DNA from: a virus
Taxonomy: Duplodnaviria; Caudoviricetes
Reading direction: 5' to 3' (one strand)
Length of the DNA stretch: 29,256 nt
IMG/VR virus record: IMGVR_UViG_3300023105_000131
Span: 1 to 29,256 of that record
The notes below the pieces were generated by a model that was given only the letters and a program-made list of their open reading frames with translations, was not told where the DNA came from and searched no databases. Positions 1-8,625 of the stretch are shown one piece after another (the stretch's first letter is position 1; every line of letters begins with the position of its first letter). A program made the translations under genes and the position numbers.

Positions 1-602
1 CCGCTTGCTGGTGATCCATCAATTTTCATACCTACACCATCGCTAGTGATACTCGAGCAGTTTTGTACGTAAGGACTTGTAGTAATTGCTCCTGCACCTG
101 CTGCTGGAAATGCTACTGCCGCAGCACCAGTTGTGTGTCCACGGAACGTGACACCAGCAATATAGCAAGCATTGTTTAAATGTAAAATGTCATTGGTTGC
201 AACCGCACCCCGTATAGTTGTGCTTCTAAGATTATCGCCAATAATAGTAACACCTGCAGGAATAACTAATGGATTATTTGCAACTGTATGATCGCCTGAT
301 TTAACAAAAATTGTATCACCTGATGTTGCAACTGCAACGGCAGCGTTTAATGTAGCAAACGCTTCTGCAATAGTGTCACCGTCTAGTGTGTCGTCACCAT
401 TTTCTTTAACGTAATAAACATTTTCAGCACTGTCTGGTCTACCAACTTCTACGATAGATACTGCTCCACCAGTGCTTGTTTGATCTTGTTTGAAAAACAT
501 AACACCGTCATGGGTGTTGATTGCAACTTCACCTAGAGCAAGTTGTGCTGTTGTAGGCACTTTTCCAGGAGTCGCACTTCTTCTTAACTTAATCGTTGAC
601 AT
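1..602 (-). CDS. Virion structural/fibre protein, truncated by the window edge; Mtd_N-like N-terminus followed by a pectin-lyase-like beta-helix
   Basis: Not in the ORF track; translated by hand from the ATG at 602: MSTIKLRRSATPGKVPTTAQLALGEVAINTHDG...VYYVKENGDDTLDG...AFATLNAAVAVATSGDTIFVKSGDH...VTIIGDNLRSTTI...SPYVQNCSSI. The frame is open to the window edge. AGAAGG SD-like sequence upstream. Confidence 0.75.
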   Translation of the reverse strand, partial: MSTIKLRRSATPGKVPTTAQLALGEVAINTHDGVMFFKQDQTSTGGAVSIVEVGRPDSAENVYYVKENGDDTLDGDTIAEAFATLNAAVAVATSGDTIFVKSGDHTVANNPLVIPAGVTIIGDNLRSTTIRGAVATNDILHLNNACYIAGVTFRGHTTGAAAVAFPAAGAGAITTSPYVQNCSSITSDGVGMKIDGSPAS

Positions 603-621
603 TTGTCTTACCTTCTAACAC

Positions 622-654
622 GGCTATATAGCCAGGCCCGGGGTTATATAACCC
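622..654. repeat. Two tandem perfect palindromes, GGCTATATAGCC (622-633) and GGGTTATATAACCC (641-654), in a gene leader
   Basis: Read directly; centres are 20 bp apart; they lie between the late promoter (670-676) and the ATG at 602. Confidence 0.8.
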
Positions 655-669
655 ACTTTAGCTTAATAC

Positions 670-676
670 TATTTAT
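670..676 (-). promoter_or_regulatory. T4-type late (gp55) promoter ATAAATA
   Basis: CATAAATAG on the minus strand in the intergenic gap upstream of a structural gene; resembles the T4 late consensus TATAAATA. Confidence 0.65.
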
Positions 677-677
677 G

Positions 678-3600
678 TTAGTAAGTACCGCCGTCAATGT
701 CACCTTCAAATAGTCCTGCTTCAATAGTGTCACTACCAGCAGTCCATTTGTCATTTGTTTCGTCCCAGATAAAGCTCTTTGTAGGTTCAGAACCACGTAA
801 CACTTCAATACCAGAATCTTCAGTTGGTGAAGTAACATTAGTAATGTCAGCATTTAGTGTAATAATATTATCGCCAACATTTAACGTTGTAGTGTTAATA
901 TATGTTGTTGTACCGCTAACTGTAAGATCACCAGTAATAGTTACATTTCTAGTAACTGACAAATCACGTGATACAGTAGCATCATTTCCTACTGTCAGAT
1001 CGTTTGTAATTTGTGCAGTATTGCCTACACCTAAATCATTTAATATTGTTGCATCAGTACCAACTTGTAATGTTGTACCAATAGTTGCGGCTGCAGTTAC
1101 ACCTAAATCATTAGATACTGTTAAATCATTAGTAATAGTAACATCGTCTGGTAAACCTATTGTAAGTGTCTGATTAGCTGCAGATGTTTCGATTTCATTT
1201 GCTGTGCCTGACAATGTAAATGTTTGTGTTCCAAGATTAACTGTACCACTAGTTGGTCCATCGCCATTAAAGTTTAAATCAACATTACCTACACTACTGT
1301 CAACATATGCTTTGATACTTTGTTGTGTGGCAAGTGCAACATCGCTGTCGCTCGCCATATTATCTTCATCTAAAATTCTATCGATTGTAGTGGTACTTGC
1401 TACATTTGCCATAGCAAGAGCAGTGATAGTAGTTGTTAGTACACCTGTAGTAGAGTCTAATACTATTAAGTCGTTTGTTCCGTCACTTATACTTAATGCA
1501 TCAGCAGTATTAGCTGGTATTAGTATTCTATTTTCGCCTGTTGCACCCAAGAACTGAATATCTTCAGTAATGAATAAATCTCTCCAGCCTTTAGTTGCAC
1601 TACCTAAATCATATGTATCTGTGACGTCTGGAATAATATGACTTGTTAGTTCGCCGCCTAGCGAAATATTATCTGTATCGGAATCACCAATGGTAATATT
1701 TCCACCAAGTGTCAAATTACCAGTAATATCTGTGTTACCTGTCAGTACATTAACTTTAAATGTTTCTGTTCCTGCAGCACCTATCATGAAATCTGTGCCA
1801 TCATAACGTAGGTTGGAATCGCCTTCTAGTTCACCAAGTGCACCAGCAACAACAATTTGATTATCTGTTAAATCTTCTACGTTGGCACTTGCTAATGTTG
1901 CTTGGCCGTCAGTTTCAAGTGTACTTACCGTATATACTGCACCAGTTGCTCCATCAACAGTAAAGTTTGCATCAACTTCAATGCCGCCGTCTAAACTAGA
2001 CACGCCAGTAACAGTTAATGTGCCTGTCACTTCTGCATCATCGTCAATAGTAACAGTACCATCTGCGCTGTCGATTGTTAAATTGCCAGAGCTAGTATCT
2101 ATTTCATTATCACCAGTAATACCAATTTGTATATTGCCTGCTGTAGCACCTGTAAATGTACCATCACCAAATGCAACATTACCTGCTGTACCACTAAAAA
2201 CTTCACTGGCATTAGTTGCATCGGGAATAAATGTAAACACTTCAGCACTATCATCATAACCAAAGAAGCCAAGTTTTGCACTAACACCATCATGCCATTT
2301 AAATTCAATACCTCTATCTTTGTTATCGTCTCCTGCAGGAGTTTGATCTCCCCCAAGTGTAAAGATAGGATCATCAATTGTAACTACTGTACTATTAACA
2401 GTAGTTGTTGTTCCATCAACTTGTAAATTACCTGCAACTTGTAAATCACCGGCTGTGTATGTATTACCACTTGCTTGTTGTACTGTAAAGTTACCAGCAC
2501 CGATATTAAATTCGGTACCATCAAATGTTAGATTAACATCATCTTCTAGTTCGCCGGCGGTACCGACGATAACAATACGATTGTCTGTTAAGTCCTCGAC
2601 ATTTGCACTAGCAAGAGTTGCTTGGCCGTCTACATCAAGTGTGCCTGCAATTGCTGTATTACCATTTGCAACTGTTACATCAAATGTTTCACTACCAGAT
2701 GGACCAATATGAAAATTAGTACCATCGAAACGGAAGTTAGCATCGTCTTCTAATTCGCCTAAGTTACCCGCAATAACAATTCTATCATCGGTTAAGTCTT
2801 CTACATTAGCACTTGCTAGTGTTGCTTGCCCGTCAGTTTCTAATGTACCTGCTGTATAAACATTTCCTGTTGCATGTTGCACTGTAAAGTTAGTAACACC
2901 AACTGCTAGTTGTGTTCCGTCCCAAACTAAGTTAGCATCACCGTCAACAGATCCTGCTGTACCTGCAAACATAATGTGTGTTGCTGTAACATCACTGATT
3001 GTTGCACTTGCTAGTGTTGATTCACCTGTTACATCAAGTGTGCCTGTGATAGCTGTATTCGGTGTGATTGTTATTAAATTAGCGCCTGTAGTACTATTAA
3101 AAACTATAAAGTCATTAGTTCCGTCTGTTATAGACAGCCCATCTGCTAAGTTAGTTGGAAATACAATTTCGTTTTCAGTAGTAGCACCTTCAAATGTTAA
3201 TGCTTCTGTTAGATATATGTCTCTCCATGCTTTACCTGTAGCACCTAAATCATATGAGTCTGTTACATCTGGCAATACATCAGAACGTATATCACCATTA
3301 ATTGTAATTGTGTCAGTATCAGCATCACCAATTGTAACATCACCTAATAGCTGTGTAGTACCACTAACAACTAAATTTGTTAAACTTGCTGCGCCAAAGT
3401 CAACATCGCCTACTGTTCCGCTAAAAACTTCGTTTGTATTAGTTGCATCTGGAATAAATGTAAATTTACCAGTGCTATCATCAAAACCAAAGAAACCAAC
3501 TTTTGCAGATGATGTAGGAGTATCATACCACTGGAATTCAATACCTCTATCTTTATTGTCATCTGTAGTTGGTGCTGCATCTCCACCTAATGTAAAAATA

Positions 3601-4682
3601 GGATCATCGATAGTAACAACTGTGCTGTTTACTGTAGTTGTGATGCCATCAACTTGTAAATCTCCTGTGATTGTTAAGTTACCAGAAATTGCAGTATCAC
3701 CTGTATTTCCATCAACAGTAAATTCTGTTAAATTAAGTCCAAGTGCTAGATTTCCATTTGAATTAAGTTGCATAACATGTATGCCAGCAGCATAAAAATC
3801 TATTTCGTCGTTGTCTGCACCTGCACTTGTTTCAGCAATAATATATGTATCACCGTCAACATCTTTAACACCACCAAGTGACCCCCAGTTAGTTCCATCA
3901 TAACCTTCAAATGTTGCATCTGTTGTGTTATAACGGATCATACCTTGTTCTAGTGGTGTTGGTCTTTCTAATGTTGTGCCAGCTGGAATAGTAAGTGCAC
4001 CTGTACCAGTAATACTAACATTGTCTGCTAATACTGAAAGTTTACCAGTGCCGTCAGGATCTAAAATAATATCGCCATTGGTGTTTGTAACACCAATAGT
4101 ATTACCATTAAATGTAAAATTAGCAATTGTTGCACTAGAAAGATTAGACCCTTTATTGCCAGTGTAACGTGCACCAACTACATATATAACTTTACCTGCT
4201 ATGCCAGATGGTAAGTTATCTCCAATAAAGTTAAGAACACCGCTTTGATAATCAAAATACCATTCATCGTTATTACCGCTACCTGCTGCGAATAACTGTG
4301 TTCCTGTTGATTGTGGGGTTGCAGCACCACTATTATCTAAATAAACTTTAATCTGATATGTACTTCCAAATTCAGTAGGTATCCAGTCTATAGAGTTTGT
4401 TTTCCATGTTCTGTTAGGACTAGCTGTCAAGTCAGGTGTACACTGAACAGTTGCTTGACCATTGCCACTGTCATCATATATTTCTACAGTAGTTGTTGAC
4501 GCTGTTGGTTTTGTTGATGGAATTTGAGATGCATCTTGCCAAATGTTATCACCACGTATTAATAGTGGACTAGCAATACTTTCGTTAGTTGCAGCCTTAA
4601 TGCTATTAATATCTGTTTTTGCTATACCGTAACCTAACTTTTTCCAAAGCCAGTCTACTTTTTGTGATTCATTTATAGCCAT
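678..4682 (-). CDS. Large repeat-rich virion structural/tail fibre protein (1334 aa)
   Basis: G/T/D/N-rich. Internal repeats: ATLASANVEDL x3 plus one degenerate copy, DDNKDRGIEF module x2, YDLG module x2. Shares the QGMIRYN..FEGYDG..WGSLGGVKDVD module with the neighbouring gene. Confidence 0.75.
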   Translation of the reverse strand: MAINESQKVDWLWKKLGYGIAKTDINSIKAATNESIASPLLIRGDNIWQDASQIPSTKPTASTTTVEIYDDSGNGQATVQCTPDLTASPNRTWKTNSIDWIPTEFGSTYQIKVYLDNSGAATPQSTGTQLFAAGSGNNDEWYFDYQSGVLNFIGDNLPSGIAGKVIYVVGARYTGNKGSNLSSATIANFTFNGNTIGVTNTNGDIILDPDGTGKLSVLADNVSITGTGALTIPAGTTLERPTPLEQGMIRYNTTDATFEGYDGTNWGSLGGVKDVDGDTYIIAETSAGADNDEIDFYAAGIHVMQLNSNGNLALGLNLTEFTVDGNTGDTAISGNLTITGDLQVDGITTTVNSTVVTIDDPIFTLGGDAAPTTDDNKDRGIEFQWYDTPTSSAKVGFFGFDDSTGKFTFIPDATNTNEVFSGTVGDVDFGAASLTNLVVSGTTQLLGDVTIGDADTDTITINGDIRSDVLPDVTDSYDLGATGKAWRDIYLTEALTFEGATTENEIVFPTNLADGLSITDGTNDFIVFNSTTGANLITITPNTAITGTLDVTGESTLASATISDVTATHIMFAGTAGSVDGDANLVWDGTQLAVGVTNFTVQHATGNVYTAGTLETDGQATLASANVEDLTDDRIVIAGNLGELEDDANFRFDGTNFHIGPSGSETFDVTVANGNTAIAGTLDVDGQATLASANVEDLTDNRIVIVGTAGELEDDVNLTFDGTEFNIGAGNFTVQQASGNTYTAGDLQVAGNLQVDGTTTTVNSTVVTIDDPIFTLGGDQTPAGDDNKDRGIEFKWHDGVSAKLGFFGYDDSAEVFTFIPDATNASEVFSGTAGNVAFGDGTFTGATAGNIQIGITGDNEIDTSSGNLTIDSADGTVTIDDDAEVTGTLTVTGVSSLDGGIEVDANFTVDGATGAVYTVSTLETDGQATLASANVEDLTDNQIVVAGALGELEGDSNLRYDGTDFMIGAAGTETFKVNVLTGNTDITGNLTLGGNITIGDSDTDNISLGGELTSHIIPDVTDTYDLGSATKGWRDLFITEDIQFLGATGENRILIPANTADALSISDGTNDLIVLDSTTGVLTTTITALAMANVASTTTIDRILDEDNMASDSDVALATQQSIKAYVDSSVGNVDLNFNGDGPTSGTVNLGTQTFTLSGTANEIETSAANQTLTIGLPDDVTITNDLTVSNDLGVTAAATIGTTLQVGTDATILNDLGVGNTAQITNDLTVGNDATVSRDLSVTRNVTITGDLTVSGTTTYINTTTLNVGDNIITLNADITNVTSPTEDSGIEVLRGSEPTKSFIWDETNDKWTAGSDTIEAGLFEGDIDGGTY

Positions 4683-4691
4683 CTCTCACCC

Positions 4692-7600
4692 TTATGTTAT
4701 ACTCAATCCTGTTATACTTTGGTTTGTGTTTAATGCAATACGCACTAGTGCTACATTTCCTGTAGCATTTGTTAAGTTTTCGGTACCTAGCGTCATAGTG
4801 AACCCACCACTTAATGCTGTATTATTTGCAATAATATCTCCACCTGTTACTGCACATCCGTTGCTTCCGTTACCGCCATTGCCAGTATCTGCACCTGGTA
4901 CACCAGAGCCAGCATACTGTATACCGCAGTCTAGCCAACCGTTAATTGTACTTGCACTGTCTATTGCTGTACCTGGTGCTGCAATCCAAACACCACTAAC
5001 GCCTGTTGTACTTGTAATATTAATCGTAAAGTTAGCAACAACTGTTCTGCGGAATGCAAATGTAAAATATTGCACTCCAGTATCGCCGCTTCTGTCTGGA
5101 CCGGCTGGTAAAAATGTACTGTAGTTTTCTACATTATGTTCTAACACACCTAATCGTATTGTTGCTTCTTTTGTTCCTGTTACTCCAGGGTCTGCTGCTT
5201 CTGTATATAAATTGTTTGTATAAAAATTTGTTGCACCTGGTATTACAGGGTTATCTGTAGTTGCTGCACTAAAGTCAAATATACGAACACCATTATCTGT
5301 ATATGTTGAACCTAAGCTGTTATTAACATCGATTGCAATTTCATTAATACCGCTTTGGTTAGCAGTATGTACTGCAACTGATTCTGATAATATTTGATAG
5401 CCACCAGAACCATTAACATTAGTTGCACGGTGTTGTAAATTTTCAATTGTTCTAACACTGCTACTGGTAATGTTAACTGTTACATCTCCAATTGCATAAG
5501 GTGTTCCATTTCCTGTGTCTGCATTTGGAATTCCACCTGTTAAGAAGGTAACAGTTCCGTCAATATCTGAGTAAGAATAATTTTGTGTACTAATTGCACT
5601 AGACCCAGTACCTTCTAAATTTGTACCACTAGAAACTTCAAATACATTGGTTGTATTTCTATATGTTTGTCCGATAAAGTCTTCAATTGTAACTCCGCTT
5701 AGTGTCAATGAACTACCAGTGTCGTAATAAGGAACACCACTGATGTATTTGTAGTTTCCTACATTTTCTGTTAGTGTTCCGCCGGCTGTTGTTGGTGTAC
5801 TTGTTAAGTTATCTACAACAAATTCTACAGTATTTGTATTTCCTGTTGTACTATGACTTAACTGATAATCGTTTGTACCTGCTGTGAAACTTGCACCACT
5901 TTTACTAACTTGTGCTTTAAATCCTGTATATAATCCTGGATGATAGATACTACTATTAAATGTTGTACTACTGCCTCCTGAATTTAATAAGTTATAATCT
6001 TCTTCATCTGTAACAACAAGACTTGTATATGTGCCTGTTTGATTTGTATTACTAAATGTCACATTACCGTCGTCTACACCATTAACTAGTGCAGTAAGTG
6101 TACCAGCATCTGCATCGTATGCATATGTTGAAATAACACTAGATGATATAGTGCCACTATTAACAACACGTGTTACAGAAGAGCCTGCTGTTGTAGAACT
6201 GGTATTGTTGTTTGTAAATCCAGATGTTAACAATGGATCTGTTCCTGTACTACTAGGTCCACTAATAGTTTTTGTGCTTAACCCATCTGGTACAGCAATA
6301 TTTGGATCGTATACTTTTAATGGCAGCGTTACTAATGATGGTATTGTTGACGGGTCTGCTGTACTATGAGAAGTCAATGTTAGTAATAAATTGTCTCTAC
6401 TGGTTCCAGAACTTGTTCCTGGTCCCCATGTATGTTGTAATCTTGTACCATTAACTCCACCAGGATCATTGTCGCTAGCAATATTGTCTACTGCAGTGCC
6501 GTCTCCCCAATCCATTGTATATGTAACACTGGCTCCACCAGTATTACTGGTATTGTTTTGCATATATAAACTGTCGCCTTCAATCACATATAAATCGTTT
6601 CCTGTTAAATCAGTACCGCCAGTTACTACACGATAGAGTTCAAATGCGGCAACTGCATTTGCTGTAAAGATCACAATGTAATCTTCACGTGTAGAACTTG
6701 CTTCGCTACCGGCACTGCCACTAATAGCATTGTCATTGTAAGCTCTGACTGTTACAGTAAATGGACTGTTTACGTTTGAATTATATGTATAACTAGGCGT
6801 ACTATCGGTTGTACCAATAGTAGTACCACCATCTCCCCATGTAATATCGTATTTGTTTGCATTACCATCTACATTTAAAGTAAGTGTAATAGTTGACCCA
6901 GCACCTGCCGAAGTTGGCGTACCAGTAAATGTTATTGCACGTACAAATGTATTGTTGCGTACATTTTCTAAAGACTCGTTTAATTCGTCTAGTACATCAA
7001 CAACTTTATCAGTATCAACAAATCCCAAGTAGGCACCATCTTGCCATGTGCCGTCTGTTGGTGTACCTGCTGTAGCTGATAAACTATTTTCAACCCAGTC
7101 TTTTGTTACTAAATCTTGTGCATTTGTTGGTATATATGTTGCTTCTGCTGTGATTTGACCTGTACTATCAATAGTCATTCTATTAACACCGCCAGTATAA
7201 AAATCTAACTCGTCATTATCTGCACCAGGACTGTCTTCTGCACTAATATAAGTATCTTGGTCAACATCTTTAACACCGCCTAGCGATCCCCATGCTGTAC
7301 CATCATAACCTTCAAAAGTTGTATCATCGCTATTATAACGAATCATACCTTGTGCTGGTGCGCCAGGACGTTCTGCAACTGTGCCGACTGGTAGCACAAG
7401 AGATCCTGTTACATCAACTGTAATTGTTTCTGTATTACTGTCTAGTGTTTGAACATATGCTGTACTCCAATTTTGTAGTGTACTTCCTAAATCATATGTC
7501 GCATCTGTATTTGGAATAACGTTACTATTAACATCAGCGTTAAACACGACATTATCTGTGTCATCATCACCAACATTGATTGTACCGCTAGTACCTGCTT

Positions 7601-8042
7601 TTAATGTTGCTATGCCGTCAACTGTTAGTGTACCATTAACTTGTAAGTTACCACCAACAGTTGTATCTCCTGTCGCTCCATCAATTGTGAATTCAGCAAG
7701 GGTATCACCCATTGCAATAATACCAGTAGCACCAATTTGCATACGCTGTGTACCATCAGTATAAAAATCTATTTCATTATTGTTGACACCTGGAGAAGTT
7801 TCTGCTATAACATATGTGTTACCATCAACATCACGAACACCGCCGAGTGAACTCCATCCGGCGCCATTGTAGCCTTCAAAGGTTTGTTGTTGACTGTTGA
7901 AACGAATTTGACCTGTGTTTAATACAGCTGGTCTTTGTGCTGTGTTTCCAACTGGAATTGTAAAAGCACCAGTGGTGTTTAATGTTAATGTTCCACTACT
8001 TGTGCTAATTCTATCTCGTTGATGATCAAAATTAATAGCCAT
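4692..8042 (-). CDS. Large virion structural/fibre protein with PKD/Ig-like domains (1116 aa)
   Basis: Two copies of the (Q/M)IR(F/Y)N..FEGY.G..W.SLGGV(R/K)DVD..TY module; YDITWGDG and YTMDWGDG resemble the PKD WDFGDG motif; T/G/S-rich. Confidence 0.75.
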   Translation of the reverse strand: MAINFDHQRDRISTSSGTLTLNTTGAFTIPVGNTAQRPAVLNTGQIRFNSQQQTFEGYNGAGWSSLGGVRDVDGNTYVIAETSPGVNNNEIDFYTDGTQRMQIGATGIIAMGDTLAEFTIDGATGDTTVGGNLQVNGTLTVDGIATLKAGTSGTINVGDDDTDNVVFNADVNSNVIPNTDATYDLGSTLQNWSTAYVQTLDSNTETITVDVTGSLVLPVGTVAERPGAPAQGMIRYNSDDTTFEGYDGTAWGSLGGVKDVDQDTYISAEDSPGADNDELDFYTGGVNRMTIDSTGQITAEATYIPTNAQDLVTKDWVENSLSATAGTPTDGTWQDGAYLGFVDTDKVVDVLDELNESLENVRNNTFVRAITFTGTPTSAGAGSTITLTLNVDGNANKYDITWGDGGTTIGTTDSTPSYTYNSNVNSPFTVTVRAYNDNAISGSAGSEASSTREDYIVIFTANAVAAFELYRVVTGGTDLTGNDLYVIEGDSLYMQNNTSNTGGASVTYTMDWGDGTAVDNIASDNDPGGVNGTRLQHTWGPGTSSGTSRDNLLLTLTSHSTADPSTIPSLVTLPLKVYDPNIAVPDGLSTKTISGPSSTGTDPLLTSGFTNNNTSSTTAGSSVTRVVNSGTISSSVISTYAYDADAGTLTALVNGVDDGNVTFSNTNQTGTYTSLVVTDEEDYNLLNSGGSSTTFNSSIYHPGLYTGFKAQVSKSGASFTAGTNDYQLSHSTTGNTNTVEFVVDNLTSTPTTAGGTLTENVGNYKYISGVPYYDTGSSLTLSGVTIEDFIGQTYRNTTNVFEVSSGTNLEGTGSSAISTQNYSYSDIDGTVTFLTGGIPNADTGNGTPYAIGDVTVNITSSSVRTIENLQHRATNVNGSGGYQILSESVAVHTANQSGINEIAIDVNNSLGSTYTDNGVRIFDFSAATTDNPVIPGATNFYTNNLYTEAADPGVTGTKEATIRLGVLEHNVENYSTFLPAGPDRSGDTGVQYFTFAFRRTVVANFTINITSTTGVSGVWIAAPGTAIDSASTINGWLDCGIQYAGSGVPGADTGNGGNGSNGCAVTGGDIIANNTALSGGFTMTLGTENLTNATGNVALVRIALNTNQSITGLSIT

Positions 8043-8067
8043 ATATTACTCTCACAATACTTTTAAG

Positions 8068-8074
8068 TATTTAT
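8068..8074 (-). promoter_or_regulatory. T4-type late promoter ATAAATA overlapping the heme oxygenase stop codon
   Basis: GCATAAATACT on the minus strand, about 25 nt upstream of the ATG at 8042. Confidence 0.65.
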
Positions 8075-8622
8075 GCAGTAACACTGATTGATAATTTCTC
8101 TAAATCTTGGAATTGACGTATAGCAAATTGAAAACATATACCAGCTTCGGTTGCCATTTCGTCTGTTGTTCTTGATCGAATTTCATTTTTAAGTAGCTCT
8201 ACATCACCATCAAAAACATACATACGCCCATTACCAGGAACACGGTTTTTAATAATTTGACCACCACTCAAATCTCCCATATGATGCACATATATATGCG
8301 CAAATATATCATCTTTATTTGTTAATGAATTTATATGATCAATATAATCCAATGTACTCCCAAATGTCATTGGCTCAAACTTGTTTTTCCAAAGCTCTTT
8401 AAAGTCAGCATTAATGTGCTTTACTCTCAATGCACTTTCTATACCATCAAACAGATTGTTTTCCATGGCTACACGTTCAAGTTCAGTGTACTTTAAACTT
8501 TGATTCCATAAAAAAGTTGCATATAGTGCATCACTAATATTACCACCAAGAAGTGTTTTTACAAAGCCACATCTCTCTGCAGCCTTGTGGTGCTCCATAG
8601 TTAATTCTTTTATGTTGCTCAT
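8071..8622 (-). CDS. ho1: Heme oxygenase (biliverdin-producing, HO-1/HemO family)
   Basis: N-terminal KELTMEHHKAAE contains the proximal His; HIYVHHMGDLSGGQII is the distal-helix signature; C-terminal EA..CF..AI; 183 aa. Confidence 0.88.
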   Translation of the reverse strand: MSNIKELTMEHHKAAERCGFVKTLLGGNISDALYATFLWNQSLKYTELERVAMENNLFDGIESALRVKHINADFKELWKNKFEPMTFGSTLDYIDHINSLTNKDDIFAHIYVHHMGDLSGGQIIKNRVPGNGRMYVFDGDVELLKNEIRSRTTDEMATEAGICFQFAIRQFQDLEKLSISVTA

Positions 8623-8625
8623 TAA

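Noticed and set aside
644-853. 69-aa minus-strand ORF
   Set aside because: It overlaps the end of the 1334-aa gene in another frame and runs across the late promoter; nothing supports it.
697-7764. Many plus-strand ORFs (e.g. 697-1173, 2974-3795, 4726-5124) rich in V/S/P/L
   Set aside because: They are antisense shadows of the long minus-strand structural genes, produced by codon bias, and have no SD or recognisable motifs.
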